64,000 nt of DNA from assembly GCA_965216445.1 (NCBI GenBank), contig OZ244166.1:1565176-1629175 (forward strand), given 5' to 3'. Position 1 is the stretch's first letter. Every line of letters begins with the position of its first letter. Origin of the DNA: Acidimicrobiia bacterium. GTDB lineage: Bacteria > Actinomycetota > Acidimicrobiia > Spongiisociales > ZC4RG35. The position numbers were made by a program, and so were the translations under genes. Below, one piece after another: positions 37,455 through 47,597 of the stretch. The notes under the pieces were generated by a model, which saw nothing but the letters and a program-made list of their open reading frames with translations, made no database searches and was not told the origin of the DNA.

Positions 37455-37481
37455 AAAGGGCGGTGCTAAACACCGCCCTTT
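37455..37481. terminator. perfect 11-bp stem hairpin AAAGGGCGGTG-CTAAA-CACCGCCCTTT downstream of pnp
   Basis: GC-rich stem-loop 66 nt after the pnp stop on the transcribed strand; no strong U-tract, as is common in high-GC actinobacteria. Confidence 0.5.
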
Positions 37482-37546
37482 CTAACGCTTCTCCGCAGGA
37501 TTCCGGCCATATATGGCCGTGTGTTCCTTAGGAAACTGTTTTGAGT

Positions 37547-40081
37547 TCAGTCCATGTCGAAGCTGGGGGCTGCCCGGCGTTCGCTGGTCCTGTTGGATTT
37601 CGCTTCGGAGCTTCCTTCGCGATCTCCGCGGTCGTTGCCACGGTCACGGTTGCGGTTGCCACCGTCGCGGTTGCCACCTCGGTCACGGTTGCGGCCACCA
37701 TTGCGGTCGCCACCCCGTCCCCGACCGTTCCGGTCGCCACGGTCACGGTCACCACGACCACCACGGTCGTTGCCACCGCCCGAAGGGGCGTCTGGGTCGG
37801 GAAGCGTCGCACCTGGAAGGGCTTCAACCAGCTCGAGGCTGACCTTTCCTCGTTCCAGGTCACGAACCCGAACCTTCAACTCATCACCATCGGAGAGATA
37901 GTCCTCAACGTTTTCGACACGCTTGGAACCGTCGATCCGGGAGATGTGGAGTAGTCCGTCTCGTCCGGGAAGAATGTTGATGAATGCACCAAACTTGGTG
38001 ATTCCAACAACCTTGCCTTCATATTCCTCACCGACATGAGCTTCGGGTGGGAATGCGATCTGCATGACCCGTTCCTTGGCTGCGGCGAGAGCCTCTCCAT
38101 CGGAGGAGGCGATTCGAACGATTCCATGTCCGTCTGCTTCGTCGATTTCGATCGCTGCACCTGTGACCTCTTCGAGCTCACGGATGACCGCACCCTTGGG
38201 TCCGATGACCTCACCGATCTTGTCCTTGGGGATCTCGATCGACTCGATACGCGGCGCCCACTGATTCATTTCAGTTCTGGGCTCCGAGATCGCCGCGTTC
38301 ATGGCCTCGAGGATGTGGAGACGTGCTGTCTTCGCCTGGCTCAACGCGTTGATCAGAACTTCTGACGGAAGTCCCTCGATCTTCGTGTCGAGTTGGAGGG
38401 CGGTGATGACATCAGCGGTTCCTGCGACCTTGAAGTCCATGTCCCCAAGTGCGTCCTCAGCACCGAGGATGTCGGTGAGAGTCACGAAGTTCCCATCCTT
38501 GTGGATTAGGCCCATCGCAATACCGGCTACCGGACTTGCAATTGGGACACCAGCATCCATCAGCGAAAGCGACGATCCACAAACTGACGCCATGGACGAC
38601 GAACCGTTGGACCCGAGAACCTCAGAGACCAAACGCAATGCGTAAGGGAACTCATCGGCATCAGGGACTACCGGAAGCACTGCCTTCTCCGCGAGCGCAC
38701 CATGCCCGATTTCGCGACGCTTCGGACCGCGCATGAAGCCGGTCTCACCTGTCGAGAACGGTGGGAAGTTGTAATGGTGCATGTAACGCTTCGAGTCCTC
38801 GTTGGCGAGGGTGTCGAGCATCTGCTCCATCTTCAGCATTCCCAGAGTCGTGATGTTCAAGACCTGAGTCTCACCACGCTGGAACAACGCAGAACCGTGG
38901 GTCCGGTCGATCACTCCGACTTCGACCGATAGTGGCCGTACATCGGTTAGACCACGTCCATCCAGACGAATTCCTTCGTCGAGGACACGCTGGCGGGCCA
39001 TGTTCTTGAAGACCTTCTTGAAAGCAGCCTTCGCCTCGCGGATTGCGTCGGCATCGTCTTCGTCGATTCCCAATTCGGCGAGCACCTCGTCGCGGGCAGC
39101 CGACTCGGCGTTCTGACGTTCGTGCTTGCCTGCGATCTTGACGATCTCGGCAACCTTGCCCGAAGCTGCGGCTTCGACCCGTGAGTACATTTCCTCACTG
39201 AAATCGGACGCCAGCGGGAACTCCACTTCGGGGATATCCACTTGACTGGCCAGTTCGTTCTGCAGGTCGATCATCTGGGCGATGTACTGCTTCGACTCCT
39301 CGAGGCCACGGGCGACTGTCTCCTCATCAGAGGGCTGATCGCCGTCGGCAATCAGACGGATCCCGTGTGGGGTGGCGCCTGCCTCGACCATGGTGATGTC
39401 GATCTCACCAGCGCTATTGCGATGGCCGACAACGGTCAATTCGAAAACAGATTCTTCGAGTTCGTCGGCTGATGGGAACGCAACCCACTCACCCTTCTTG
39501 AGACCCAGGTGGACACCACCGAGTGGTCCCTCGAACGGGATTGGGCTGACGCTGAGTGCGGCCGAAGCGCCGTTCAACGCAATTACGTCAAAGGCAAACT
39601 GCGGGTCGACTGAAAGGCTTGTTGCAACGATGTGTGTCTCGCAACGGAATCCGTCCTTGAACGATGGACGGAGAGGACGGTCGATCAGACGACAGGTAAG
39701 TATTCCCTGCTCGCTGGGCCGACCCTCACGACGGAAGAACGATCCGGGGATCTTTCCAACCGAGTACATACGTTCTTCGAAGTCGACGGTGAGAGGGAAG
39801 AAATCGACACCCTCACGCATCTTTCTGCTTGCTGTGGCGGTAACCAGGATCTGGGTACCTCCGAGTGTGGCGACGACGGCTCCGTCTGCCTGACCGGCCA
39901 TTTTGCCGGTGCTAAGCGAGACTTCCTTGTCGCCTACGGTGCCTTGCACCTTGAATTCGGGCACTTGGTGCTCCTTGTTGTAAGGAGCCGGGGACCTGTT
40001 GGCAGTAGTCATGCCTCGCGAAACATTCGAGGCATCGCCACTGACAACCGGGTCCGGCTCATTGGCATTGTGTGATCTCAA
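37547..40081 (-). CDS. pnp: polyribonucleotide nucleotidyltransferase (PNPase) with Arg/Gly/Asp-rich C-terminal extension
   Basis: Two RNase PH domains plus KH and S1 domains, then about 90 aa of low-complexity tail (GGGNDRGGRGDRDRGDRNGRGRGGDRNGGRNRDRGG...). The true start may be an internal Met (MTTANRSP...). Confidence 0.9.
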   Translation of the reverse strand: MRSHNANEPDPVVSGDASNVSRGMTTANRSPAPYNKEHQVPEFKVQGTVGDKEVSLSTGKMAGQADGAVVATLGGTQILVTATASRKMREGVDFFPLTVDFEERMYSVGKIPGSFFRREGRPSEQGILTCRLIDRPLRPSFKDGFRCETHIVATSLSVDPQFAFDVIALNGASAALSVSPIPFEGPLGGVHLGLKKGEWVAFPSADELEESVFELTVVGHRNSAGEIDITMVEAGATPHGIRLIADGDQPSDEETVARGLEESKQYIAQMIDLQNELASQVDIPEVEFPLASDFSEEMYSRVEAAASGKVAEIVKIAGKHERQNAESAARDEVLAELGIDEDDADAIREAKAAFKKVFKNMARQRVLDEGIRLDGRGLTDVRPLSVEVGVIDRTHGSALFQRGETQVLNITTLGMLKMEQMLDTLANEDSKRYMHHYNFPPFSTGETGFMRGPKRREIGHGALAEKAVLPVVPDADEFPYALRLVSEVLGSNGSSSMASVCGSSLSLMDAGVPIASPVAGIAMGLIHKDGNFVTLTDILGAEDALGDMDFKVAGTADVITALQLDTKIEGLPSEVLINALSQAKTARLHILEAMNAAISEPRTEMNQWAPRIESIEIPKDKIGEVIGPKGAVIRELEEVTGAAIEIDEADGHGIVRIASSDGEALAAAKERVMQIAFPPEAHVGEEYEGKVVGITKFGAFINILPGRDGLLHISRIDGSKRVENVEDYLSDGDELKVRVRDLERGKVSLELVEALPGATLPDPDAPSGGGNDRGGRGDRDRGDRNGRGRGGDRNGGRNRDRGGNRDGGNRNRDRGNDRGDREGSSEAKSNRTSERRAAPSFDMD

Positions 40082-40123
40082 CCACTGGGGTTGAAGCTGT
40101 GGGGCAAGCCCCGATAAACGTAA

Positions 40124-40141
40124 GGAGCGGCGAACCGCTCC
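40124..40141. promoter_or_regulatory. rpsO-pnp intergenic stem-loop (GGAGCGG-CGAA-CCGCTCC)
   Basis: Perfect 7-bp stem in the 76-bp rpsO-pnp spacer, where enterobacteria carry the rpsO terminator and the RNase III / autoregulatory hairpins. A second hairpin GGGGCAAGCCCC lies at 40101-40112. Confidence 0.45.
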
Positions 40142-40157
40142 CTACGAGTAAAACTAG

Positions 40158-40415
40158 TTATCGACGAAGGCCGAGTTTGGCAATCAACGCCCTGTAACGC
40201 TCGACATCCTTCCGACGAAGGTAGTCCAGGAGTCGACGACGCTTACCGACCATCATCAAGAGACCACGACGACTGTGATGGTCGTGCTTGTGCTCACGAA
40301 GATGCTCGGTGAGGTGGTTGATTCGTTCCGAAAGCAGAGCCACCTGGACCTCAGGTGAGCCGGTGTCGCTTTCGTGTGTGCCGTATTCGGCGACTATTTC
40401 TGTTGCTGTCTTCAT
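40158..40415 (-). CDS. rpsO: 30S ribosomal protein S15
   Basis: 85 aa; ...[40 protein letters not shown]... is the canonical S15 sequence. Confidence 0.9.
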   Translation of the reverse strand: MKTATEIVAEYGTHESDTGSPEVQVALLSERINHLTEHLREHKHDHHSRRGLLMMVGKRRRLLDYLRRKDVERYRALIAKLGLRR

Positions 40416-40475
40416 TGCGCGTTAAACCCGAATTGGTAGGAGGGGGTGGGTATGAACAATAACAGGAATCACAAT

Positions 40476-41399
40476 TCAACCCATAACCGAGGAGAGGATA
40501 CCCCGCGATTGCTCGACGTCGCGTTGCATCTGGCTGACCAGGGCATCGACGTCATCGAAGGCCAGTTCCGGACGTAATCGCTTCACGAACTCGACCTGGA
40601 GTTGTTGTTCGTACAAATCCTCATCAAAGTCGAGCAAGAACGCCTCGACCAACCGCTGGCCTCCTCCAAAGGTGGGTCTCGTGCCCACGTTGGTCGCCGA
40701 CATGTACTCTTTGCCTTGCCATCTCGATATCGTGGCGTAGACGCCGTCTGCAGGTATCACCTTGCGCGCCGGCGGCAGGAGATTGGCCGTCGGGAATCCG
40801 ATTTGGCGTCCTCGTTTGTCCCCGTTGATGACAGTATTGGTCAGGCGATAGTTCGACCCGAGTAGTTGAGATGCTGTTGCGAGATCACCGGATTCGATCA
40901 TGATCCGTATCCGCGAGCTCGACACCGGCTCATCACCGGAGGCGACGAGTTGGACCGCCTCCGTAGCGAAACCTGCCCGCTCTCCAGCTGAACGAAGGAA
41001 CCGAACATCGCCGGAGCGATCACGACCGAACCGGAAGTCTTCACCAACCACCATGGAGGAGACGTTGAGTTTTCCGACAAGTACTTCGTCGATGAACTCC
41101 TGAGGTGACAGATATCGGACTTCACTCAAGTCGAGAACCGCCACCAGCTCGACGCCGGCTGACTCCAACAGCTGGAGCCTTTCCTCAATGCTGGTTATCA
41201 GCCTTGGGTCCGTTCCGGGGATCAGCACCTCAACGGGGTGGGGTTCGAAGGTTATGACAGCCGGAATGCCCTCCCGACCCTTGGTGGCATCAATGAGTCG
41301 TCTGTGTCCGAGGTGGACACCGTCAAATACGCCAAGAGTCACCGAGGTCGAAGATGACGGACGCTCCCAGCCTCCAATCTCCCCGTCCAGAACTCTCAC
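40476..41399 (-). CDS. ribF: bifunctional riboflavin kinase / FMN adenylyltransferase
   Basis: N-terminal GVFDGVHLGHRRL (nucleotidyltransferase HxGH) and C-terminal riboflavin kinase domain; 307 aa. Confidence 0.9.
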   Translation of the reverse strand: MRVLDGEIGGWERPSSSTSVTLGVFDGVHLGHRRLIDATKGREGIPAVITFEPHPVEVLIPGTDPRLITSIEERLQLLESAGVELVAVLDLSEVRYLSPQEFIDEVLVGKLNVSSMVVGEDFRFGRDRSGDVRFLRSAGERAGFATEAVQLVASGDEPVSSSRIRIMIESGDLATASQLLGSNYRLTNTVINGDKRGRQIGFPTANLLPPARKVIPADGVYATISRWQGKEYMSATNVGTRPTFGGGQRLVEAFLLDFDEDLYEQQLQVEFVKRLRPELAFDDVDALVSQMQRDVEQSRGILSSVMG

Positions 41400-42274
41400 G
41401 ACGCGAGCACAACCTCAGCGCGACAGACGTCACCGGTTCGTCGATACACCGCGATCAAGTCACCCGCTTCGTTGATGACCCGAACCGGTTGCTCGCTAGG
41501 AATGCCGACCAGCGCTCCGCCGACAAACTGGACGCCATTACGCACCGCGCTCGCGGTCTCCTCGTCTACTTGGATCGACCCCAAGTCACGAAGTGCTTCG
41601 TCTGGTCGCAACAGGTTTTCCTCCCAGGAGTCGAGTTCATCCGCGGGAATCCCATGATCTTCGAGATTCAGTGAGCCGATCCTGGTTCTGCGTAGGGCAG
41701 TCAGATGAGCGGATCCGCCAAGGGCTGCGGCGATGTCATCGGCCAGGCTGCGCACATAAGTCCCCTTCCCACAGACAACTCGAAAGCTCACGTGCGGGTA
41801 GGGACCGTCTTCGACTCCGAGAAACTCCAGCTCGTCCACACGCACCTCACGAGCCTCGCGTTCAACGACAACACCGCTGCGAGCCAACTCGTACAACCGT
41901 CGTCCATCGTGCTTTAGCGCGGAAACCATCGGCGGCACCTGGTGAATTGTGCCGGTAAACCGTGGCGCAACAACCTCGAGCTGTTCCAGCGAGACGTCCA
42001 TTGGGGTACGGCTCAGGACCGCACCGTCGGCATCGAGGGTGTCCGTCGACACTCCAAACTCGGCTGTCGCGAAATACTCCTTGGCCTGATCCTGGATGAA
42101 TCGAATCAGGCGGGTCACCTTGCCGATTGCGACCACTACAGCTCCAGTTGCCATCGGATCCAGAGTTCCGGCATGACCGACCTTCTTGATGCCGGTGGCG
42201 CGTCTGACTCGCGAGACAACTGAATTCGACGTAATCCCGCCGGGTTTGTCGACAACGAGAAAGCCTGCGGTCAC
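41396..42274 (-). CDS. truB: tRNA pseudouridine(55) synthase
   Basis: GFLVVDKPGGITS...GHAGTLDPMATG catalytic Asp motif; 292 aa. Confidence 0.9.
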   Translation of the reverse strand: MTAGFLVVDKPGGITSNSVVSRVRRATGIKKVGHAGTLDPMATGAVVVAIGKVTRLIRFIQDQAKEYFATAEFGVSTDTLDADGAVLSRTPMDVSLEQLEVVAPRFTGTIHQVPPMVSALKHDGRRLYELARSGVVVEREAREVRVDELEFLGVEDGPYPHVSFRVVCGKGTYVRSLADDIAAALGGSAHLTALRRTRIGSLNLEDHGIPADELDSWEENLLRPDEALRDLGSIQVDEETASAVRNGVQFVGGALVGIPSEQPVRVINEAGDLIAVYRRTGDVCRAEVVLAS

Positions 42275-43305
42275 TTCTGCTCCATGACCTTCTCGACAAC
42301 TGCTTCAATCGCATCTTCAGCGGTCATGGAGACGGTTGCACCCGACGCCAGTCGATGACCTCCTCCGCCGAATGCTGCTGCGATGGCACCAACGTCGGTC
42401 TCGCCTCTTGACCTCAGACTCAGTTTCACACGGTCATCTTCATGTACCTTGGCCAGCACCGCGACATCGGCCTCGACGGCGAGCCTGATCGTGTTGATCA
42501 AGTTGTCGACATCGCCCCAGTCAATGCCAGCAGCATCCAAATCTTCAGCGGTCAGAACCGTGGACACCACGCCGGCTTCAGCGTTGAGCTTGGCACGAGA
42601 CATGGCAGCTCCCGCGGCATGCAGGTAGCCGAAGGGGGCCTGCTCATACACTTGCTGGCCGATGAAGTCGGTATCGGCACCAGCAGTGACGAGGTCCGCG
42701 GCCGCACGGAAAGTGGACGGTTTTGTTGCCGAGTATTGGAAGCGCCCGGTGTCGGTGACTATCGCCGTCATCAAGCAGGTGGCGATCTCTTCCGTCATGG
42801 GCCAGTCGAGAATCTCAAGGAGCTCGATAACCAGCTCGGCGGTTGCGGCCGCCTGCCCATCGACGACAGCGATGTCTCCGAAGCCTTCATTTGTAACGTG
42901 ATGGTCAAGGACGATGAGCGTTCCGGCATTCTTGGCATTGTGAGCGAGCTCACCCAGCCTGTCAGCTGAACCTGCGTCCAGTACGACCATCACCTCGGGC
43001 TCGTCGGGGACCTCACCTGGGGCGACCAGGCCGTGGGTAGGGAGAAATGAGAGGTTGTCCGGGATCAAGAAGGGCGAACCAAAGGATGTGACAACGGCTT
43101 TGCCCGCGTCACGAGCCGCCAGTGCCAGACCCATCATGGAACCGAGAGCGTCGCCGTCGGGCCCGACGTGACAGGCCAGAGACAACGAATCTGCGGCAGC
43201 TATTGCAGCAGCAGCTTCGGCGAGCTCTGTTTCTCGGGACATCCTGCTACTCCTCTTCGCCGGTGCGGATCTCACGAAGGATCTGTTCGATACGCTCCCC
43301 CGCAA
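42271..43305 (-). CDS. nrnA: DHH/DHHA1 phosphoesterase, NrnA-like bifunctional oligoribonuclease / pAp phosphatase
   Basis: DHH motifs (VVLDHHV), GGGH near the C-terminus; sits between rbfA and truB as in other actinobacteria. Confidence 0.7.
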   Translation of the reverse strand: MRGSVSNRSFVRSAPAKRSSRMSRETELAEAAAAIAAADSLSLACHVGPDGDALGSMMGLALAARDAGKAVVTSFGSPFLIPDNLSFLPTHGLVAPGEVPDEPEVMVVLDAGSADRLGELAHNAKNAGTLIVLDHHVTNEGFGDIAVVDGQAAATAELVIELLEILDWPMTEEIATCLMTAIVTDTGRFQYSATKPSTFRAAADLVTAGADTDFIGQQVYEQAPFGYLHAAGAAMSRAKLNAEAGVVSTVLTAEDLDAAGIDWGDVDNLINTIRLAVEADVAVLAKVHEDDRVKLSLRSRGETDVGAIAAAFGGGGHRLASGATVSMTAEDAIEAVVEKVMEQK

Positions 43306-43591
43306 CGACGCCGCGGTCGATCTCGAACTCCAGAACGGGTGTGTACTTGATCCTCACTTGGCGACCAATTGCGCGTTGGAGCCGTGGTCCGGCTGCCGCC
43401 AGGGCGGCAAGAACGTCTTCTTGGTCCGCATCGAGGACGTCGACGAACACCACTGCGCTTCTCAGATTCGGCGCGGTGTCGACTCCCGTGACGGACACCA
43501 TCTCCAGCCGGGAATCGCTCAACTTCTCCAACTCTTCTGCAACGACCTCGCGAAGAATCGAGTTGACCTTAAGCATCCGTGGAGTTGCCAC
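43247..43591 (-). CDS. rbfA: ribosome-binding factor A
   Basis: 114 aa; RbfA KH-like fold pattern; immediately downstream of infB. Confidence 0.85.
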   Translation of the reverse strand: MATPRMLKVNSILREVVAEELEKLSDSRLEMVSVTGVDTAPNLRSAVVFVDVLDADQEDVLAALAAAGPRLQRAIGRQVRIKYTPVLEFEIDRGVVAGERIEQILREIRTGEEE

Positions 43592-43624
43592 TGGGTTACT
43601 CCTAATGGTGTCGTCTGGCGAGAC

Positions 43625-45673
43625 CTACGTTCTCGCCACTTCGCGAATGAGATAGACCTCGATGAGGTCGCCCTCTTTGATGTCGTTGTAGTTCTCGAAG
43701 CCCATACCGCATTCGAAACCGGAAGCGACTTCTCGAACATCGTCTTTGAATCTCCGCAGGGACGCCACCACGCCATCGTGGATCACCACACCATCCCGAA
43801 GGAGACGTGCTTTGGCACCACGTTGGACCAGTCCTTCGAGCACATAACAACCGGCAATGGTTCCACCGCGTGGGACCTTGAAGGTTGCCCGTACTTCGGC
43901 CGTGCCGAGCACCTGCTCCAACTCCTCAGGAGCAAGCTGACCGACCAGAAGCGCCTCAATGTCGTCAAGCAACTCGTAGATGATCGAATACGTTCTGACC
44001 TCAATCCCCATCTGCTCAGCGGCTTTGCGCGACTTGGGTTCGGGCCTGACGTTGAATCCGACTATCACCGCACCGGTCACATCTGCGAGAGACACGTCGT
44101 TCTCGTTGATTCCTCCAACAGCAGCATGGACGATCTGAATCTCGCCGCCTTCGCGTTCGATCTTGCCGATCGAATCACGCAACGCTTCCAAGGAACCTTG
44201 GGCGTCAGCCTTCACGATCACATTGAGCTGAGCGTCTTCGGTGCGTAGCTGTTCCAGCAGTCCCTGGAGTCGATCGCGGGCACTGGGCATAGCTTGCTCG
44301 GCCAGCTTCTGCTCCTCGAGCCGAGCGGCAGCAATCTTGCGTGCTTCTCGGTCGTTCTTGACTACTTCGATGAAATCTCCGGCAGAGGGAACGTCGTCCC
44401 AGCCCATGATCTGGACCGGCGTGGCCGGCCCTGCTGACGTCAGCTGCTCACCTTTGTCGTCGAGCAAGGCTCGGGCCCGTCCCGAAATCGCCCCTGCGAC
44501 GAAGGAGTCACCTTTCTTCAGGGTCCCTCGTTGAACGATCACCGAGGCGACCGGGCCGCGTCCGACTTCAAGTTGGGCTTCCACCACAACGCCAGACGCA
44601 GCCGGCTTTGGATTGGCTTTGAAGTCTTCGAGCTGTGCAATCAGGTCTATGACTTCGAGCAGGTCCGGAACGCCGTCACCCTTGAGGGCCGAAACCTCAA
44701 CCGAGGGCACGTCACCACCCAACTCCTCAACGACCACACCGTGTTCTGTCAGCTCAGTGCGGACGCGCAACGGGTCAGCCCCGGGGGCATCCATCTTGTT
44801 CACGGCAACGATCATCTTCACTCCGGCTGCCAACGAGTGGGACACCGCTTCGATGGTTTGGGGCATGACTCCGTCATCAGCCGCCACGACCAGAATCACG
44901 ATGTCGGTGATGTTGGCGCCACGGGCGCGCAACGCGGTGAAAGCTTCGTGACCGGGGGTGTCGATGAAGGTGATCGGGTGACCATTCACCTCCACCTGAT
45001 AGGCACCGATGTGCTGGGTGATGCCACCGGATTCATCGTCGACGACGTTTGCGTTGCGGATGGTGTCGAGGAGCGTGGTCTTTCCGTGGTCGACATGGCC
45101 CATAACCGTCACGACCGGAGGGCGACCCACGAGATCTGCCTCATCGTCGTCGAACACCGGCTGTTCGGCGACCACAGGCTCGGGTTCGGATTCTTCGACT
45201 TCGACGATGTATCCGAAGGACTCGGCGACTTCGTCGATCAACGATGCCGGCATTTCCTGGTTTGCTCCGGCGGGAACTCCCCTCCCCAGAAGTGCTTTCA
45301 CCACATCACCGGAGCCTTGACCGATCGCTTCAGCGAAATCGGCGACCGACGCACCTGATTTGATGCTGGCAATGTCAATCTCATCATCGGCAGGGGCAAC
45401 CTCGGGTTCCTCGCTGTCCGCTGGAGGTTCATGTGTCTCTGGTGTCGGAGTCGGCTCATCGACAACAGCGTCTTCGACCACATCCTCGGTTTCGGTTACC
45501 TCTTCGGCCTCTGCTTCGGCCTCAGCAGGGGCATAGGCAAGGCGAACCAGTTCTGCACCATCGTCGTCCAGTCCCGACGACGCCGTTTTGACTTCTAAGC
45601 CCAGCTCTTTGGCCTGTTCCAAAACCTCTTTGGACTCGAGACCCAGTTCCCGGGCAAGCTCATAAACCCTCAC
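43625..45673 (-). CDS. infB: translation initiation factor IF-2
   Basis: IF2_N domain at the N-terminus, G domain ([26 protein letters not shown]), C-terminal beta-barrels; 682 aa. Confidence 0.9.
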   Translation of the reverse strand: MRVYELARELGLESKEVLEQAKELGLEVKTASSGLDDDGAELVRLAYAPAEAEAEAEEVTETEDVVEDAVVDEPTPTPETHEPPADSEEPEVAPADDEIDIASIKSGASVADFAEAIGQGSGDVVKALLGRGVPAGANQEMPASLIDEVAESFGYIVEVEESEPEPVVAEQPVFDDDEADLVGRPPVVTVMGHVDHGKTTLLDTIRNANVVDDESGGITQHIGAYQVEVNGHPITFIDTPGHEAFTALRARGANITDIVILVVAADDGVMPQTIEAVSHSLAAGVKMIVAVNKMDAPGADPLRVRTELTEHGVVVEELGGDVPSVEVSALKGDGVPDLLEVIDLIAQLEDFKANPKPAASGVVVEAQLEVGRGPVASVIVQRGTLKKGDSFVAGAISGRARALLDDKGEQLTSAGPATPVQIMGWDDVPSAGDFIEVVKNDREARKIAAARLEEQKLAEQAMPSARDRLQGLLEQLRTEDAQLNVIVKADAQGSLEALRDSIGKIEREGGEIQIVHAAVGGINENDVSLADVTGAVIVGFNVRPEPKSRKAAEQMGIEVRTYSIIYELLDDIEALLVGQLAPEELEQVLGTAEVRATFKVPRGGTIAGCYVLEGLVQRGAKARLLRDGVVIHDGVVASLRRFKDDVREVASGFECGMGFENYNDIKEGDLIEVYLIREVART

Positions 45674-45685
45674 TAATCAACTCTC

Positions 45686-47041
45686 TCATTCACTCTCGTC
45701 ATCGGTGTCATCCGAGGTTGGTTCCTCGGTAGCAGCAACCGCATCGCCGGCCGCCTCGTCGACTTCCGCCGGCGATGTTTCTGCATCAACCTCGGCGTCG
45801 CTCTCGTAGGTGATGCCGTCCTCACCTGGATCGGGGGACGTTTCATCGGTGGCTTCTTCGGTTTCGACCGCTGCGGGTCCAGCCGCTTCGGACTGAGCCT
45901 CATCGGATGCAGTTGCTTCGGAGGCTTCAGCAGCCTCGGCATCGGCAGGTACAGCTTCGGCCGTTTCAGAATCGCCGGTCTCGGCTCCCTCCGCGCCTTC
46001 AGCCTCAGTCGTTTCTTCTGGTTCGGGTTCGCTGGTCTGATCGGGATGGATATCAACCTTGTACCCGGAAAGTCGAGCGGCCAGTCGTGCGTTCTGGCCC
46101 TCTTTCCCGATGGCCAGAGATAGCTGGTGTTCGGAGACGATGACATCTGCTGTCTTGGTCTCCTCGTCAATACGGACCTCTTGGACCTTGGCCGGGCCAA
46201 GCGACTCCGCAATGAACTGGCCAATGTCGTCCCTCCACTGGACAACATCGACTTTCTCGCCTCGAAGCTCGTTCACTACCTGACGAACCCGCGACCCTCG
46301 AGCTCCAACACATGCGCCCTTCGGGTCGACGTTGGGGTCATGGGAGATGACAGCAATCTTGGTGCGGTGACCCGGCTCACGTGCGATGTTGACGATCTCG
46401 ACCGTCCCATCGGTCAGCTCAGGGACCTCCAGCTCCAGCAAACGACGAACCAGGTCCGGGTGGCTCCGGGAGACAACGATTTGGGCACCTTTGCCTTCGT
46501 TCCGAACCTCAATGATGAGAGCCTTGACCCGGTTGCCCCTTTCCAGGCGCTCAAACGGAATTCTCTCCGACCCGGGCAGGATCGCCTCGGCGTCACCCAG
46601 GTCGAGAATGACCGAGCGGTAGTCGACCTGCTGTACCAGACCGGTGATCAGGTCACCTTCTCGTCCTTCGTACATGTCGTAAACGAGCTCACGCTTGGCT
46701 TCGCGCAACTTGTGCTGCATCACCTGTTTGAAGGACTGTGCTGCAATTCGCCCAAAGGCTTCACCTTCAGGAGTGTCTTCCCACTCGTCAACAACGTTGC
46801 CTTCTTCGTCAAGTACCTGGGCGTAGACCGTTACCTCACCCGAGTCTGGGTCGATCGTCACCCGTGCCTCTTCTGCAGCTCCGGGGCTCCGCTTGTAGGC
46901 GGCCACCAAGGCGTTGGCGAACGCGTCGAGGATGGCATCCACGGCAACACCACGTTCTCGTGCGAGAACTTCAATGGCCTCCATCATCGTGTCCAGTTGC
47001 ATGATTCTCCTTAATGGCCTGGCTTGGGAGACTTCTCCCAC
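45686..47041 (-). CDS. nusA: transcription termination/antitermination factor NusA with long acidic C-terminal tail
   Basis: S1 and two KH domains, then an acidic tail of about 110 aa rich in E/A/T/D. The start may be an internal Met (MQLDTMMEAIEVL). Confidence 0.9.
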   Translation of the reverse strand: MGEVSQARPLRRIMQLDTMMEAIEVLARERGVAVDAILDAFANALVAAYKRSPGAAEEARVTIDPDSGEVTVYAQVLDEEGNVVDEWEDTPEGEAFGRIAAQSFKQVMQHKLREAKRELVYDMYEGREGDLITGLVQQVDYRSVILDLGDAEAILPGSERIPFERLERGNRVKALIIEVRNEGKGAQIVVSRSHPDLVRRLLELEVPELTDGTVEIVNIAREPGHRTKIAVISHDPNVDPKGACVGARGSRVRQVVNELRGEKVDVVQWRDDIGQFIAESLGPAKVQEVRIDEETKTADVIVSEHQLSLAIGKEGQNARLAARLSGYKVDIHPDQTSEPEPEETTEAEGAEGAETGDSETAEAVPADAEAAEASEATASDEAQSEAAGPAAVETEEATDETSPDPGEDGITYESDAEVDAETSPAEVDEAAGDAVAATEEPTSDDTDDESE

Positions 47042-47532
47042 CGAAAAACTGTCTTGGCTTTGATCACCGATTCGTACGAAAGGACTTGCTGACCTGAATC
47101 GGCGTCGATGGTGAATGAGGCATCATCGGCCCCGGTGAGGATCCCTCGTATGGTCTTGTTGGCTTCGGGAGCCTGCACTTTGGCGACAACTTCCCTACCA
47201 ATTGACTTCTGAAAATGCTCGGGGCGCCGCAGTTTCCGTTCGAGCCCAGGCGTTGTGACTTCTAGCTGATATGCGGAATCGAGGTCCGTTTCGTTGTCCA
47301 GCAACCGCGATATCCCACGGGAAAGGTCGGCAAGACGGTCGACATCGACGGATTCGTCGGCGGAGTCGACGGCGACGCGCAAGGTTCGGCCGCGTCCTTG
47401 ACCACTCAACTCAACGTCATCGAGGACGAGGCGTTCAGCGGCAAGGTACGGCTCAATCAGTTGCCACAAGTCGGCAGTTGTCGTCACTTCCACTCCAAAT
47501 TCTCTACTCAACAGTCCGAATAACCACAGCAA
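47011..47532 (-). CDS. rimP: ribosome maturation factor RimP
   Basis: Conserved position upstream of nusA; RimP-like N- and C-domains; start probably internal. Confidence 0.75.
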   Translation of the reverse strand: MLWLFGLLSREFGVEVTTTADLWQLIEPYLAAERLVLDDVELSGQGRGRTLRVAVDSADESVDVDRLADLSRGISRLLDNETDLDSAYQLEVTTPGLERKLRRPEHFQKSIGREVVAKVQAPEANKTIRGILTGADDASFTIDADSGQQVLSYESVIKAKTVFRWEKSPKPGH

Positions 47533-47597
47533 ACAGGTGGGTGCACGAGGCGCCCACCTGACCGAAAAGCGTCCTGTTGTTCCGGGGGATTATAGGG

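Noticed and set aside
37513-37954. Plus-strand ORFs (37513..37842, 37541..37954, 37554..37901) with histidine-, proline- or valine-repeat translations
   Set aside because: They are alternative-frame or antisense readings of the repetitive DNA that encodes the PNPase RGG tail; the repetitiveness is explained by the pnp tail itself.
43625-45673. IF-2 being truncated or a pseudogene because it is only 682 aa (actinobacterial IF-2 is often over 900 aa)
   Set aside because: All G-domain motifs, IF2_N and C-terminal domains are present and in frame; the shorter length reflects a short N-terminal linker, not truncation.
45673-46248. 191-aa Arg/Pro-rich ORF (45673..46248) spanning the nusA-infB junction
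   Set aside because: Out-of-frame reading of the nusA acidic-tail coding region; low-complexity, and the NusA frame is clearly the real one.
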